From an uncultured virus (IMG/VR IMGVR_UViG_3300043427_002205) (lineage: Duplodnaviria; Heunggongvirae; Uroviricota; Caudoviricetes), in the IMG/VR virus record IMGVR_UViG_3300043427_002205: 64,000 nt of DNA; one strand, given 5' to 3'. Below, one piece after another: positions 9,604 through 18,998 of the stretch (position 1 is the first letter of the stretch; each line of letters opens with the position of its first letter). The notes beneath the pieces were generated by a model. The model saw only the letters and a program-made list of their open reading frames with translations. It had not been told where the DNA came from and ran no database searches. The position numbers and the translations under genes are program-made.

Positions 9604-9965
9604 TCACCCTCTACCCATCTAAGAAGATAGTTAAAGGTCTTCTCAACCTGTGGATGCCATATAACTTTCGTTTTTTCTGTAAGAGGCTGGTCTATTAACT
9701 TGGCAAAGTTATCGTAATCTTCTTTAGTCTTAAAGTTTATCTGCAAAGTTTTATATGGTTTTTGAAGTGGTTGATCGTATTCGGGCATACCTTTCCAATG
9801 CTTTTGCCACTCAAAATCTTCTTCTTCTAATTTTAACTTTTGCTTTTCTTCATCATCAAACTGCATCAAATCGGCTAGAGATTTTGATTTTGATTTTACA
9901 GTTTTAACTCCGAGCAAAGACTCATACTCTACTTCTACATTTTCTTGTTTTTTACTCATAGACAC
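9600..9965 (-). CDS. Small acidic protein typically accompanying TAGT glycosyltransferases
   Basis: EWQKHWKGMPEYDQ...INFKTKEDYDNFAKLIDQPLTEKTKVIWHP; overlaps the GT start (translational coupling). Confidence 0.6.
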   Translation of the reverse strand: MSMSKKQENVEVEYESLLGVKTVKSKSKSLADLMQFDDEEKQKLKLEEEDFEWQKHWKGMPEYDQPLQKPYKTLQINFKTKEDYDNFAKLIDQPLTEKTKVIWHPQVEKTFNYLLRWVEGE

Positions 9966-9971
9966 TCACCA

Positions 9972-12122
9972 TTATGCTATCTGTTCAATAAACTTATTTA
10001 GGAACATTTTATTCTTAATGCTAGTTGTCATTTGCTTATCGAAAGATTTTACTATTTTTTTAATATTTTGTTTGACTTTTTTATGGTCTGTATAATCAAA
10101 ATCATCTGTGGCATCAATGATTGGTTGCTCAAAGCCAGAATCTAAAGATAGACAATTTGACTTTATAAAATAAAAAGAATCATATCCTAAGTGATTTGAT
10201 ATTTGATAAAAGTTATTTGATTTGTAAGATTTGACCACAGAATCTATATTAATATTTTTTGGCAGCAAATATGATTTTGTGTCTATGGGCTTACTTAGTA
10301 AGTAAAATGATATGATATTTGCGCCCGTCTCATCTTTAACAATTTTAAATAAATTTTGCGTAGTATCATACATTCTACCATCATGAGAATTCTTAATGAC
10401 ATATTCTTTATTAGTAACGTCACTTTTTATCACAATTTTCACATTTGATAAGAGCCCTATATTTTCACGAGCCGAATCGGCTAATATTCCGTGAGTATCA
10501 TCACCATCAGTTAAATATACGGCATTTACAATGTCTAAATTATATTCTCTTTTAAATTTCATTATGACATTCTTAGAATATAATACACAAGGCAATAGAG
10601 GCGTAGCGTTTAAACTTTCTTCAATTGGTGCTCCGTGATAAAAAATATCTTGATAAGATTGAGCTAAATTTAAAATATTTGAAAATGCGCTTTCATATTC
10701 AGCATTGGTCATCTTGCTGCTTAGATAATGTCTAAGTTTGAAATCATTTTTAATTTTTAGTTCTCCTGAACAACTATGATAGCACTCATCTTTAAGCTGC
10801 GAAGCGTAGTCGGAAAACCCATATACATCAAAAGGTATGTTTATTTTTTTACAAAACATACACAACACCAAAATTTGCTCTAAGCATGATGATATTGTCT
10901 CTTTCATACTTCCGCTCATATCAAAGAACATAACCATTCCGTGAGATTTTCCATTTGGAGTGGTGGTTATTTTCTTAAAAATATTATCATTATATCGGTA
11001 AGAGTGAATTTTATTCATATCAAGTTGACCAGTTTTATCCACTTTAGTTCTACAGTAGAGACTGGCTTTCTTTTTCATTTCAAAAATATTTGACATTGAA
11101 TTAACACTCATTGAAACTGAGTGTTTAAATTTATTAACTTTATCTTGGCCTGCACACTTAAAATTTTGTCTCTTATAATACTGCGACAGGTTTTGATGAA
11201 TGTACTTATAATTAACTATAATATCATCTAAAGCTATTTTTGGAATTTTAAGATTATAATAAGATTTGCAACTATCAATTAGAGTATTTGATATGTTAGA
11301 CTCAAAACTTGTCTGAGTTTCAGAATTGAGTTGATTGTTAGTTGGTCCGTCACCATTAAGTTGTTCCCCCAATTCATCCTGAACATTTTCATTTTGCGTC
11401 TGAGCGCTTTTAGAACTTTGAGGAAATTCTTCTGCGTTTTGCTCAGACTGCTCAGTTTTCTCAGTTTGAAAATCTTCATAGTTAGAAGGTTCTGAACTGG
11501 GTTCTTCAAGACCGGTTGTCTGCACTTTAGTTTGTTGTGTATCTTCAGATTTAGGTTCTTGCTCAGACATATAGTCATACAACTGCTTAGATACAGAAAC
11601 AACATCAGAAAAAGTTTTACAATTATCTATTTTTTCTATCCATTGGCATTCGTCAAGTGAAAAAGGAATAGTATAATAACCAAATCCACCAACTTTAAAA
11701 TGTATATTCAATCTGTCTAACAAGTTATATGAGTCGGCAGTTCTGTCTTTAGTGCCAAAGAAATTTTTATTAAAGAGTTGCATATAGCCCCTCTTAAACT
11801 GATACTTAATTCCTGGATATTTTTGCTGTATTAATTTTTCAATTCTAGCATCTTCGATAACATTAATTATCTGCTTCAAATGTGGCAATTCTTGTAAAAT
11901 ATTAAGAAGCTCAGACTTGGTTGTATATAGTGCATGACCAACTTCATGAGATATCAGCAATGTATATACAGACTTGTCTGTATCTTTCCAAATGGGCAAA
12001 ACTAAAACTCTATTATTAACATCAAATGATGCCGTCTTAGCCGTAGTCGAATGATTAACGCTAATGTTCTCATTAGCCATCAACTTTGCAACCACTTCTC
12101 GGCAAAAATCGTCATTATTCAT
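9972..12122 (-). CDS. CobT-like protein: N-terminal zincin-like (HExxH) domain, acidic linker and VWA domain
   Basis: HEVGHALYT, NVIEDARIEK, MIDAS DMSGSM ... TP ... LTDG. Confidence 0.88.
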   Translation of the reverse strand: MNNDDFCREVVAKLMANENISVNHSTTAKTASFDVNNRVLVLPIWKDTDKSVYTLLISHEVGHALYTTKSELLNILQELPHLKQIINVIEDARIEKLIQQKYPGIKYQFKRGYMQLFNKNFFGTKDRTADSYNLLDRLNIHFKVGGFGYYTIPFSLDECQWIEKIDNCKTFSDVVSVSKQLYDYMSEQEPKSEDTQQTKVQTTGLEEPSSEPSNYEDFQTEKTEQSEQNAEEFPQSSKSAQTQNENVQDELGEQLNGDGPTNNQLNSETQTSFESNISNTLIDSCKSYYNLKIPKIALDDIIVNYKYIHQNLSQYYKRQNFKCAGQDKVNKFKHSVSMSVNSMSNIFEMKKKASLYCRTKVDKTGQLDMNKIHSYRYNDNIFKKITTTPNGKSHGMVMFFDMSGSMKETISSCLEQILVLCMFCKKINIPFDVYGFSDYASQLKDECYHSCSGELKIKNDFKLRHYLSSKMTNAEYESAFSNILNLAQSYQDIFYHGAPIEESLNATPLLPCVLYSKNVIMKFKREYNLDIVNAVYLTDGDDTHGILADSARENIGLLSNVKIVIKSDVTNKEYVIKNSHDGRMYDTTQNLFKIVKDETGANIISFYLLSKPIDTKSYLLPKNINIDSVVKSYKSNNFYQISNHLGYDSFYFIKSNCLSLDSGFEQPIIDATDDFDYTDHKKVKQNIKKIVKSFDKQMTTSIKNKMFLNKFIEQIA

Positions 12123-12155
12123 AATATTAACCCTAATAGTTTAAGTTATGATAAG

Positions 12156-12184
12156 AGCATATCACACCAAACTTAGTTAGTCAA
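12156..12184 (-). promoter_or_regulatory. Sigma70-like promoter for the cobT-like/GT operon
   Basis: TTGACT-N17-TATGCT. Confidence 0.65.
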
Positions 12185-12191
12185 TATTATT

Positions 12192-12809
12192 TTATTTTGC
12201 CGCTTTTACCTTATTTGGTTTTGCTCGTGCAACATCAGGTGGCGATTGAGGATTACTTATTACATTTACATTAAATGATACATCTATAACTGGTATGCCA
12301 ATATGATCTGCTAAACCGTGTAAAATTGCGCTTTCTGGTTCAAGATATATGTTGGCGTGTTTTCGCTCGCCCATTAATTTTTGAAAATAGTCTTTTTTCT
12401 TGTTGCAGCTCTGATTTAATATACTATACATTTTATTGTTCACACGGTCAGCTTCAAATACATCAGCCTTTAGCTCTTCAATTTTTCCAAACGACATAGA
12501 TGCCGCATCATGTATCATTACCGTAGAGTATGGACCAACAAACCTAAACCCTGGCGATCCGCAAGCTAATAGAACGCCGCCGCAACTCATGGCTTTACCC
12601 AAAGCAATAGTTGACACGGGTTTAGTTGCTGTAGATATTATATCTAAAACAGCAAATAGCGAGTATACTTCGCCACCATAACTGTCTATGAATATTGGTA
12701 TTATTGGTATATTGCTATGATTTAAATCATCAAAGTCGGCCCTAAATTCTTTCACTGCCTGCTCATTAAAAGAATTTATTATTATAGAACTTTTTTTATC
12801 ATCGGCCAT
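12192..12809 (-). CDS. clpP: ClpP-like protease subunit
   Basis: FIDSYGGEV, GKAMSCG (catalytic Ser), VMIHD (His), GLADHI. Confidence 0.88.
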   Translation of the reverse strand: MADDKKSSIIINSFNEQAVKEFRADFDDLNHSNIPIIPIFIDSYGGEVYSLFAVLDIISTATKPVSTIALGKAMSCGGVLLACGSPGFRFVGPYSTVMIHDAASMSFGKIEELKADVFEADRVNNKMYSILNQSCNKKKDYFQKLMGERKHANIYLEPESAILHGLADHIGIPVIDVSFNVNVISNPQSPPDVARAKPNKVKAAK

Positions 12810-12816
12810 ATTTATC

Positions 12817-14529
12817 CTATGATGCTGTGCTAAAGTTTTTAGTTTTAGTGAATTGTATTACACCATTAAATTTATCTGATATTGTTTCTTTATGTGAAAT
12901 GACAAATATATTAGTATTCTTAAACACATCTGAGGTCAGAAGTTGTAAAACGTTTTCGGTTGCCGCATTATCAAGATAGCTATCTAAAACTTCATCCATT
13001 ATTAGTAAATTGGTGTTTATGCTATTCTTTAATTTAGCTATGGTTCTCCAGGTTAGAAGTAGAGCCAAATCAATTCTCTGCTTTTCACCCTCTGAAAAAT
13101 TTTCGTATGAAAATATGTCTCTTCCACGAGACTTTATACATTCATTAAACTCTTCGTCCATATTGAATGATACAAAAAAATTCATTGAGTTTAGGTACAA
13201 GTTTGTGTGTTTGTTTATCAGGGGCAAATATTGTTTTATTATTTTAGCCTTAACACCATCATCTTTGAGTAATGATATTGCGGTTTCAGACAAATCTTTA
13301 TCGTATAGAAGTGCTTGTTTTTCAGACTCTAAAGCCACTATTGCACCTTCAATGTCTCGCAGAGCATTTACATATTTCTGTTGGTCATCTTTAGTATTCT
13401 TTAACTTCTCATTTTCAGAAATGATTCTAGAGATGAATTGCACTATTGCATGTATTGTATTTTCATTTTTAGAAATTCTATGTTCTATATCAAATTTAGA
13501 GTTCTCTAAGTCTCTAATGGCTTGAAGCTGCTGATTAAACTTTTTTAGATTATCTTGAGAGCTTATAGCAGCATCTTCAAACTCTTTAATTTTCTTAGTT
13601 AGTGAATCAACCTCTTTACATTTTATATCATCTGAAATCTGCTGCTTACACGTTGAACAGGTCTGATTCTTTTCATAGAAAGAAATTTCCGTCTTGCACT
13701 TCAATATGCTGTCAGACAGCCGGTCGCCGATTCTTTTTAGCTTATCTATATTTTTTATAAGCTCATTTTTCTTAGCTTCATCTATACCTAGAGCTTCAAT
13801 ATCAGACAAAAGTTTTAAGTTTTCGACTTTCAACTCGTCTATCTGTGCATTATTTTTTAAAATAGTATCTTCGTTATCTTTAACTTTATCGCTTTTCATC
13901 TTGGCGATATCTTTTAAGTGCTCTTCTTGTATTTGTTTCTTACTGTGCTCAAATGCTATTTTTCGTTCTAGGTCTTGCAAATTAGATTTTGCTGTAGTTA
14001 GTTCTTGCTTTAATACAAGATTCATTACAGAAAATATTTCTATGTCTAAAAGACTTTCAATAATGATTCGCCTATCGTTTGGCTTTAGTTGCATAAACGG
14101 CACAAAGTTACTTGCACCCAAAACAACTATTTGAGAAAAGGTCTTAAAATTAAACTTCAATATCGATTTTTCTAAAACTTCTTGATAATCTTTAGTATGT
14201 GAGTCTTGATTAACTAGAGTGCCATCTACATATATTTCAAATACATTTGGCTTTATGCCACGCCTAACAAGATACTTTTTAGAGCCTATAATAAACTCAA
14301 TCTCAACCAAACACTCTTTTTGATTTATAGAGTTAACTAGTTGATTTTTATTGATATTTCTAAACGGCTTATTATACAGTGCAAATGAAATTGCATCTAA
14401 TAATGTACTTTTGCCACTACCAGATTTGCCAACTAGAATTGTGCTTCTAACTTCATTTAATGATATCTCGGTGAATGTGTTTCCGGTAGATAAGAAGTTT
14501 TTCCATTTCACCTTAGTAAAGACTATCAT
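12817..14529 (-). CDS. gp46: Recombination endonuclease subunit (Rad50/SbcC-like)
   Basis: WKNFLSTGN, GKSGSGKST, CSTC zinc hook, FSEGEKQRID, MDEVLD. Confidence 0.96.
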   Translation of the reverse strand: MIVFTKVKWKNFLSTGNTFTEISLNEVRSTILVGKSGSGKSTLLDAISFALYNKPFRNINKNQLVNSINQKECLVEIEFIIGSKKYLVRRGIKPNVFEIYVDGTLVNQDSHTKDYQEVLEKSILKFNFKTFSQIVVLGASNFVPFMQLKPNDRRIIIESLLDIEIFSVMNLVLKQELTTAKSNLQDLERKIAFEHSKKQIQEEHLKDIAKMKSDKVKDNEDTILKNNAQIDELKVENLKLLSDIEALGIDEAKKNELIKNIDKLKRIGDRLSDSILKCKTEISFYEKNQTCSTCKQQISDDIKCKEVDSLTKKIKEFEDAAISSQDNLKKFNQQLQAIRDLENSKFDIEHRISKNENTIHAIVQFISRIISENEKLKNTKDDQQKYVNALRDIEGAIVALESEKQALLYDKDLSETAISLLKDDGVKAKIIKQYLPLINKHTNLYLNSMNFFVSFNMDEEFNECIKSRGRDIFSYENFSEGEKQRIDLALLLTWRTIAKLKNSINTNLLIMDEVLDSYLDNAATENVLQLLTSDVFKNTNIFVISHKETISDKFNGVIQFTKTKNFSTAS

Positions 14530-15644
14530 TATGATTTACTTTGAATGTGTTCGTTATGATTTAGGGCTTCTATATATGCAACTCTAAGTTTATCTTTTAA
14601 GTCATTTCTATACTTCTCAACTCTACTTATATCATTAGATTCAGACGTTGGCAAATTAATTAAATCGGCACATTCATTTAAGATAGATAGTGTATCTTTA
14701 GTTTGGTCAACCTCTAATGAATTTAATTGAGCACCATCTATATAAGATTCTATTAAAGACAGGTCTGCCGGATTACATGCCTGAATTGCCTCTAATACCT
14801 TCTCAAACAAATACGGGTCAGTTTTATGTTCAACTATTAATTTAACGAATTTATTTGTTAAATTTGAGAAATCTTGAGAAAGTGCATGTTGTGTATAGTT
14901 AACATCTGAGTCATTGTAATATAACTTATAGAACATCTCTAAATTATTTTGTATAAAGGTCATATCGAGAGTTTCTGTGTCTAGTATATGAAACCCTCTT
15001 GGACAATTATAATCTCCCCACATCATAGGGTATGGTGCACCCAAATAATGTATGCCACCCCTAGAGCTTTTTTGGTGGTAGTGTCCAGATAAAGTCATGT
15101 AGAACTTATCGAAGGTTGATGCGCTCATGCCACCTTCAGATAATCTTCCGGCATACATTTCAAATCCACCAATCTCTAAGTGGCCCATGCAAACTTTTGC
15201 ATCTGTGCTTTCTATCATAGAAAGAGAATGAGCTTCGTTTTCATCACATATCCAGGGTAAATATAAAATTTTTAGCTTGTCTACTAAAACTTCTGCCGCA
15301 TTCTCGTATATGTGAAACTTGTTATAGCCAGACAACAGTTCTACGACACTATTAACAGAGTTTGTTTCTTTGTAGTATGTATCGTGATTTCCTATAAGTA
15401 TGTCAACTCTATCGCAAATATCATTCAACTTTGAGAATACTCTAGTGCGCCATGAACTGAGTGTACTGAAATTGACATACTTTCGCCTATCAAAAGTATC
15501 GCCCAAGTGTATAACTGTTTTTATATTGTTATCTATCAAGTATGGAAATAACTGAGTCTCATAGAATGAGATAAAATACTCATTTAGAAACTTATTGTCG
15601 TTTCCTGAGCCGCAGTGAGTATCTGTTACAATGGCGATTTTCAT
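14529..15644 (-). CDS. gp47: Recombination endonuclease subunit (Mre11/SbcD-like)
   Basis: TDTH, HLGDTFDRRK, GNHD, GHLE, SGHYH. Confidence 0.96.
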   Translation of the reverse strand: MKIAIVTDTHCGSGNDNKFLNEYFISFYETQLFPYLIDNNIKTVIHLGDTFDRRKYVNFSTLSSWRTRVFSKLNDICDRVDILIGNHDTYYKETNSVNSVVELLSGYNKFHIYENAAEVLVDKLKILYLPWICDENEAHSLSMIESTDAKVCMGHLEIGGFEMYAGRLSEGGMSASTFDKFYMTLSGHYHQKSSRGGIHYLGAPYPMMWGDYNCPRGFHILDTETLDMTFIQNNLEMFYKLYYNDSDVNYTQHALSQDFSNLTNKFVKLIVEHKTDPYLFEKVLEAIQACNPADLSLIESYIDGAQLNSLEVDQTKDTLSILNECADLINLPTSESNDISRVEKYRNDLKDKLRVAYIEALNHNEHIQSKS

Positions 15645-15655
15645 TATTTTTTGTT

Positions 15656-15880
15656 TTATAACTCTTCAATTTTTCTTCGCAAAATGGTTCTAATTGCATC
15701 GCCCCTAGATACAAATTCTCCTTTCTTGACCGATTTATCTAGCAATTCCATAACATCATCATCAAGATCAAGCTCAACACTTACAGTGTCATTAGAGATC
15801 TTCTCGTAGGTGTGGCCATTCAAAGTGATATAATCTGGTGCATATGTTTTTTTAATTTTGGTCTTGCTCTTCGCCATCAC
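15656..15880 (-). CDS. Ribbon-helix-helix (CopG/Arc/MetJ) protein
   Basis: VSVELDLDDDVMELLDKSVKKGEFVSRGDAIRTILR. Confidence 0.7.
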   Translation of the reverse strand: MMAKSKTKIKKTYAPDYITLNGHTYEKISNDTVSVELDLDDDVMELLDKSVKKGEFVSRGDAIRTILRRKIEEL

Positions 15881-16430
15881 ATTCCTCCATTATTCGCCTA
15901 AATATTTCTTCAAAATTATGTTTTCTACTAACTTTAGCGTATTTCTTAATTCTTTCTTTTTTATCTTCTTGTGCCGCCTCAAACTTTATAATGAAATCGT
16001 GCATATTAGAGTCTGAATACTCTGAACCATATTTTGTAACATTTAAATTTTCAACATCGTGAAAATCATGAACAATTCTTTGATTTATTAACTTATACTT
16101 AGTATATAACTGAGTCTTTTCTCTTTGTATTCTTCTCACAAAAGCATTATGTATTATTTGAGTGAAGTATGCAAATGGATTTGAACTTTTACTAGGATCA
16201 AAGTTGTTTATGTACCTTAAAGAATTTTCAATGCCATCGGCTATCATCTCTTCTTTAAAAGGATAATTTATAAAATTTGGTCTATTAGCCAATTTAGTAG
16301 CTATACTTTGAATACACTCACCAATATAATCTGATACTTGTGTTTTATTATGAACCTTATACTTTTCTAAGTATTCTTTAAGAGATTCAAGCAATCTTGA
16401 ATTGTTAACATAATTTTGTTTTTTTCTCAT
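15852..16430 (-). CDS. gp55: Late transcription sigma factor
   Basis: YVNN, YIGEC, RPNFINY, MIADGIEN, NFDPSKSSNPFAYFTQI. Confidence 0.96.
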   Translation of the reverse strand: MRKKQNYVNNSRLLESLKEYLEKYKVHNKTQVSDYIGECIQSIATKLANRPNFINYPFKEEMIADGIENSLRYINNFDPSKSSNPFAYFTQIIHNAFVRRIQREKTQLYTKYKLINQRIVHDFHDVENLNVTKYGSEYSDSNMHDFIIKFEAAQEDKKERIKKYAKVSRKHNFEEIFRRIMEECDGEEQDQN

Positions 16431-16475
16431 ACTAATCTTATTTTATATCCGGTTAGAAAGTGCACGTGTAGAGAG

Positions 16476-16515
16476 CTATACTATATAGTATAGATTAAAT
16501 GATGTATATTGTAAA
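16476..16515 (-). promoter_or_regulatory. Sigma70-like promoter of gp55 overlapped by an 18-bp palindrome
   Basis: TTTACA-N17-TATACT; perfect palindrome ctatactatatagtatag at 16476-16493. Confidence 0.65.
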
Positions 16516-16523
16516 GAGAATTT

Positions 16524-16579
16524 TTAGAAGATCTTAATTAGAAGATCTTAATTAGAAGATCTTAATTAGAAGATCTTAA
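16524..16579. repeat. 4 x 14-bp perfect tandem repeat (TTAGAAGATCTTAA)
   Basis: Units at 16524, 16538, 16552, 16566, each with the palindrome AAGATCTT. Confidence 0.97.
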
Positions 16580-16745
16580 ATAGTTATTATATAATTATTT
16601 CAATGGAGTACACATGTATATATACTTTAAAAATTGAAAATAAGTGAAAAAATAAAATTGACATGAAGATAATTTTCACTTAGGTGTTAAGTGATTGAAA
16701 ATTATAGAAAACAATTTTCAAAAAAATACTTAACTATGTTTGATT

Positions 16746-18230
16746 TTAAGGTTTTATAAGAATTCGATGAATTTTATATTCAAACTTCTGGTCATCATAC
16801 ATCTTAACTCTTTCTAAGAAGTGCTTAACAGCAAAGTTTTTATGTTTCTTATGACAAAGATCATCCACAATATCATATAGCTTGGCCGTGTCGGAATTAT
16901 CTCCAATTCTCAGAGTGCGTCCTATTGATTGCAAAGTTCTTATTCGAGACTTAGTTGGTGAAGCGAAAATTATATTTTCTAAGTTGCGAATATTTATTCC
17001 TGTGCTGAATGTGCCACTAGATGCAACTATAATAGCATTTTTTTCTTTCTCAACGATTTGTCTAACTTGCTCTCTAATTTTGGCATCAACTTCACCAGAT
17101 ACAAAAAATACCTTTCTATCTAGTCCGTCTTGTTTTATTTTATCTTGTATGAGCTTAAATAAAACTTTTCCGTGAAGCTCAACTAGCTGAAATAGCACCA
17201 GACAATTTGTCTTTGTGGTCAGAGCCAAGTTTCTTATAAAAGCATTTCTCTTGGGATTTTGTATTAGAAATTTTATTTCATCATGATATGGTATTGATTT
17301 TACCGATTTGCACAGCTCATCATCATATTTTAAAATTATGCAATCTATACTAAGTTTGGCCAAGTGTTTATTGTCCATTAATTCTTTAGTAGTAGTCACA
17401 GAGAAGGTGTTTCCAAAAAGACCCTCTAAAGTTAATTTATTGGTTTGGCTTTCATCTAATGTTCCGGTAGTGCCAATTCTATATGGTGCTTTTGTTAACT
17501 TTTCCATTATAGAAGTTAAAGACTTTGCTTTAAATAAATGACACTCATCTCCTATTACAACCTCAAATTGCTCAAACCAAGTTTTAGGCAATTTAAAAAT
17601 TGATTGCCAAGTTGATATTACATATTTGTTATTGGTTATTTTGTCTTGGCCACTAAAAATGCAATGGTAATCAGAGTCAAAATCTATAGATGTATCATTT
17701 ACCGCATAAGATTTAAAATCGGCCAACATCTGATGAACTAATGATACTGTAGGAACTACAATTAAAGTTTTTTTATTGTGAAATCTAGTTAGGGCATATA
17801 TGATAAAACTCTTCCCTGAGCCCGTTGGAGAGAGCAAGACGGCTCTATTTTGACGTATGGCATGGGTGATGGCGGCTAACTGGTAATCTCGCTCTTTTAG
17901 GGGCAATTTGAGCGTTTTAAGAAACTCTGCACAGTCGGCCTCAGTGAATGTTTCTAAACTTGATGTTGTGAAAGAGTTATCAAATTCTAAAGTGTAGTCT
18001 CTAGTATCGCAAAACTCTTTAAGATGACTTATCAACCCGACATAAAGGGTTTGATTGGCCATGTTGAAAAGACGCACTTTTCCGTCCCACATGCGCATTT
18101 TATACGCTGGCATAAATCGATAGCCAGGAACAAGAAAGCTAAATGCGTCTGAAAGTTCTCGTGCAATAGACGCTTCGCATCTAATTTTTATAAAGACTTC
18201 GTTTAATTTTGAAACGTTCAGGTCACTCAT
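16746..18230 (-). CDS. uvsW: UvsW SF2 DNA helicase
   Basis: WDGKVRLF, SPTGSGKS, GDECHLFKAKSL, GTTGTLD, TFSTGINI, LQSIGR. Confidence 0.96.
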   Translation of the reverse strand: MSDLNVSKLNEVFIKIRCEASIARELSDAFSFLVPGYRFMPAYKMRMWDGKVRLFNMANQTLYVGLISHLKEFCDTRDYTLEFDNSFTTSSLETFTEADCAEFLKTLKLPLKERDYQLAAITHAIRQNRAVLLSPTGSGKSFIIYALTRFHNKKTLIVVPTVSLVHQMLADFKSYAVNDTSIDFDSDYHCIFSGQDKITNNKYVISTWQSIFKLPKTWFEQFEVVIGDECHLFKAKSLTSIMEKLTKAPYRIGTTGTLDESQTNKLTLEGLFGNTFSVTTTKELMDNKHLAKLSIDCIILKYDDELCKSVKSIPYHDEIKFLIQNPKRNAFIRNLALTTKTNCLVLFQLVELHGKVLFKLIQDKIKQDGLDRKVFFVSGEVDAKIREQVRQIVEKEKNAIIVASSGTFSTGINIRNLENIIFASPTKSRIRTLQSIGRTLRIGDNSDTAKLYDIVDDLCHKKHKNFAVKHFLERVKMYDDQKFEYKIHRILIKP

Positions 18231-18248
18231 AATAATATCACCGAATGA

Positions 18249-18256
18249 TATTTATG
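18249..18256 (-). promoter_or_regulatory. Late promoter (CATAAATA) for uvsW
   Basis: Motif 19 nt upstream of the ATG, with a GGTGA SD in between. Confidence 0.55.
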
Positions 18257-18268
18257 AGCGAAAATATA

Positions 18269-18700
18269 TTAGTTTCCGTTAGAGAATTTTATGAAATCTA
18301 TGGCGTTCTTTATTAAGAATCCTCTATTATTAATAGTTTTTATGATACTTTCTAAAAAGTCTACTTTTTCACGCTGAACTTGAAGTTTTAACAATTTAGT
18401 TATTAAGTCTTTGTCAGAATTTAAATATATAGAAAGGTCGCCCTTTAAGATAAATTGAAAAGGTTCCCAGCCATATTGGGCTAAATCTTCTTGAGATAAT
18501 TTTCCGGTGTAATATTCGTGTTTTATCTTATAAAACTGATCGTACTCACCCTCTTCAGCTTTAAGTTGAATTTTCTCTCTAAGGTAAATTTTATAGTATT
18601 TACTATGCAATAGCGGTATTTTTAGGCTTTCTTGCTCTAATGAGGTTCTGTCTATGAAGCAATCTTGCTGCCATAAAGATTCAATGTCTTCGAGTTTCAT
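18269..18700 (-). CDS. uvsY: Recombination mediator UvsY
   Basis: W.QD..ID, ESLKIPLLHSKY, YYTGK, RGFLIKNAIDF. Confidence 0.93.
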   Translation of the reverse strand: MKLEDIESLWQQDCFIDRTSLEQESLKIPLLHSKYYKIYLREKIQLKAEEGEYDQFYKIKHEYYTGKLSQEDLAQYGWEPFQFILKGDLSIYLNSDKDLITKLLKLQVQREKVDFLESIIKTINNRGFLIKNAIDFIKFSNGN

Positions 18701-18707
18701 AATATAA

Positions 18708-18998
18708 TTACATTATTTGAAATGCTTTCCAACTATTGTCAGATTCTTGATTTATATAGTAATTATCATACAGCAATTCTTCTATTTTTTCAATACCGTT
18801 TACAGAATAACACACAGTTAAAATCGCTAAGTATTCTGAAGACTTTGGCATAAAGTTGCTAATAACTCGTGAATATATAACTTGATTTCTTCTAGGAAAA
18901 TATAAAATTAGAGTATTTCCCGCTACAAGCTCTTTAATCCAACACGGAATGTCGGAATAAGTTTTTAACTGACCCATACTATTCTTTCTTACACGCAA
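18708..18998 (-). CDS. Hypothetical protein
   Basis: ORF in operon orientation; start may be ATG at 18977. Confidence 0.55.
   Translation of the reverse strand: MRVRKNSMGQLKTYSDIPCWIKELVAGNTLILYFPRRNQVIYSRVISNFMPKSSEYLAILTVCYSVNGIEKIEELLYDNYYINQESDNSWKAFQIM

Noticed and set aside
11279..11605. 108-aa same-strand alternative-frame ORF in the cobT-like linker
   Set aside because: No recognisable domain or expression signals, unlike the nested HNH; the frame can stay open by codon bias
13010..14587. Plus-strand ORFs (171, 146, 78 aa) antisense to gp46
   Set aside because: Shadow ORFs of a conserved coiled-coil gene; no motifs recognised
16524..16579. CRISPR array
   Set aside because: 14-bp head-to-tail repeats with no spacers and no cas genes
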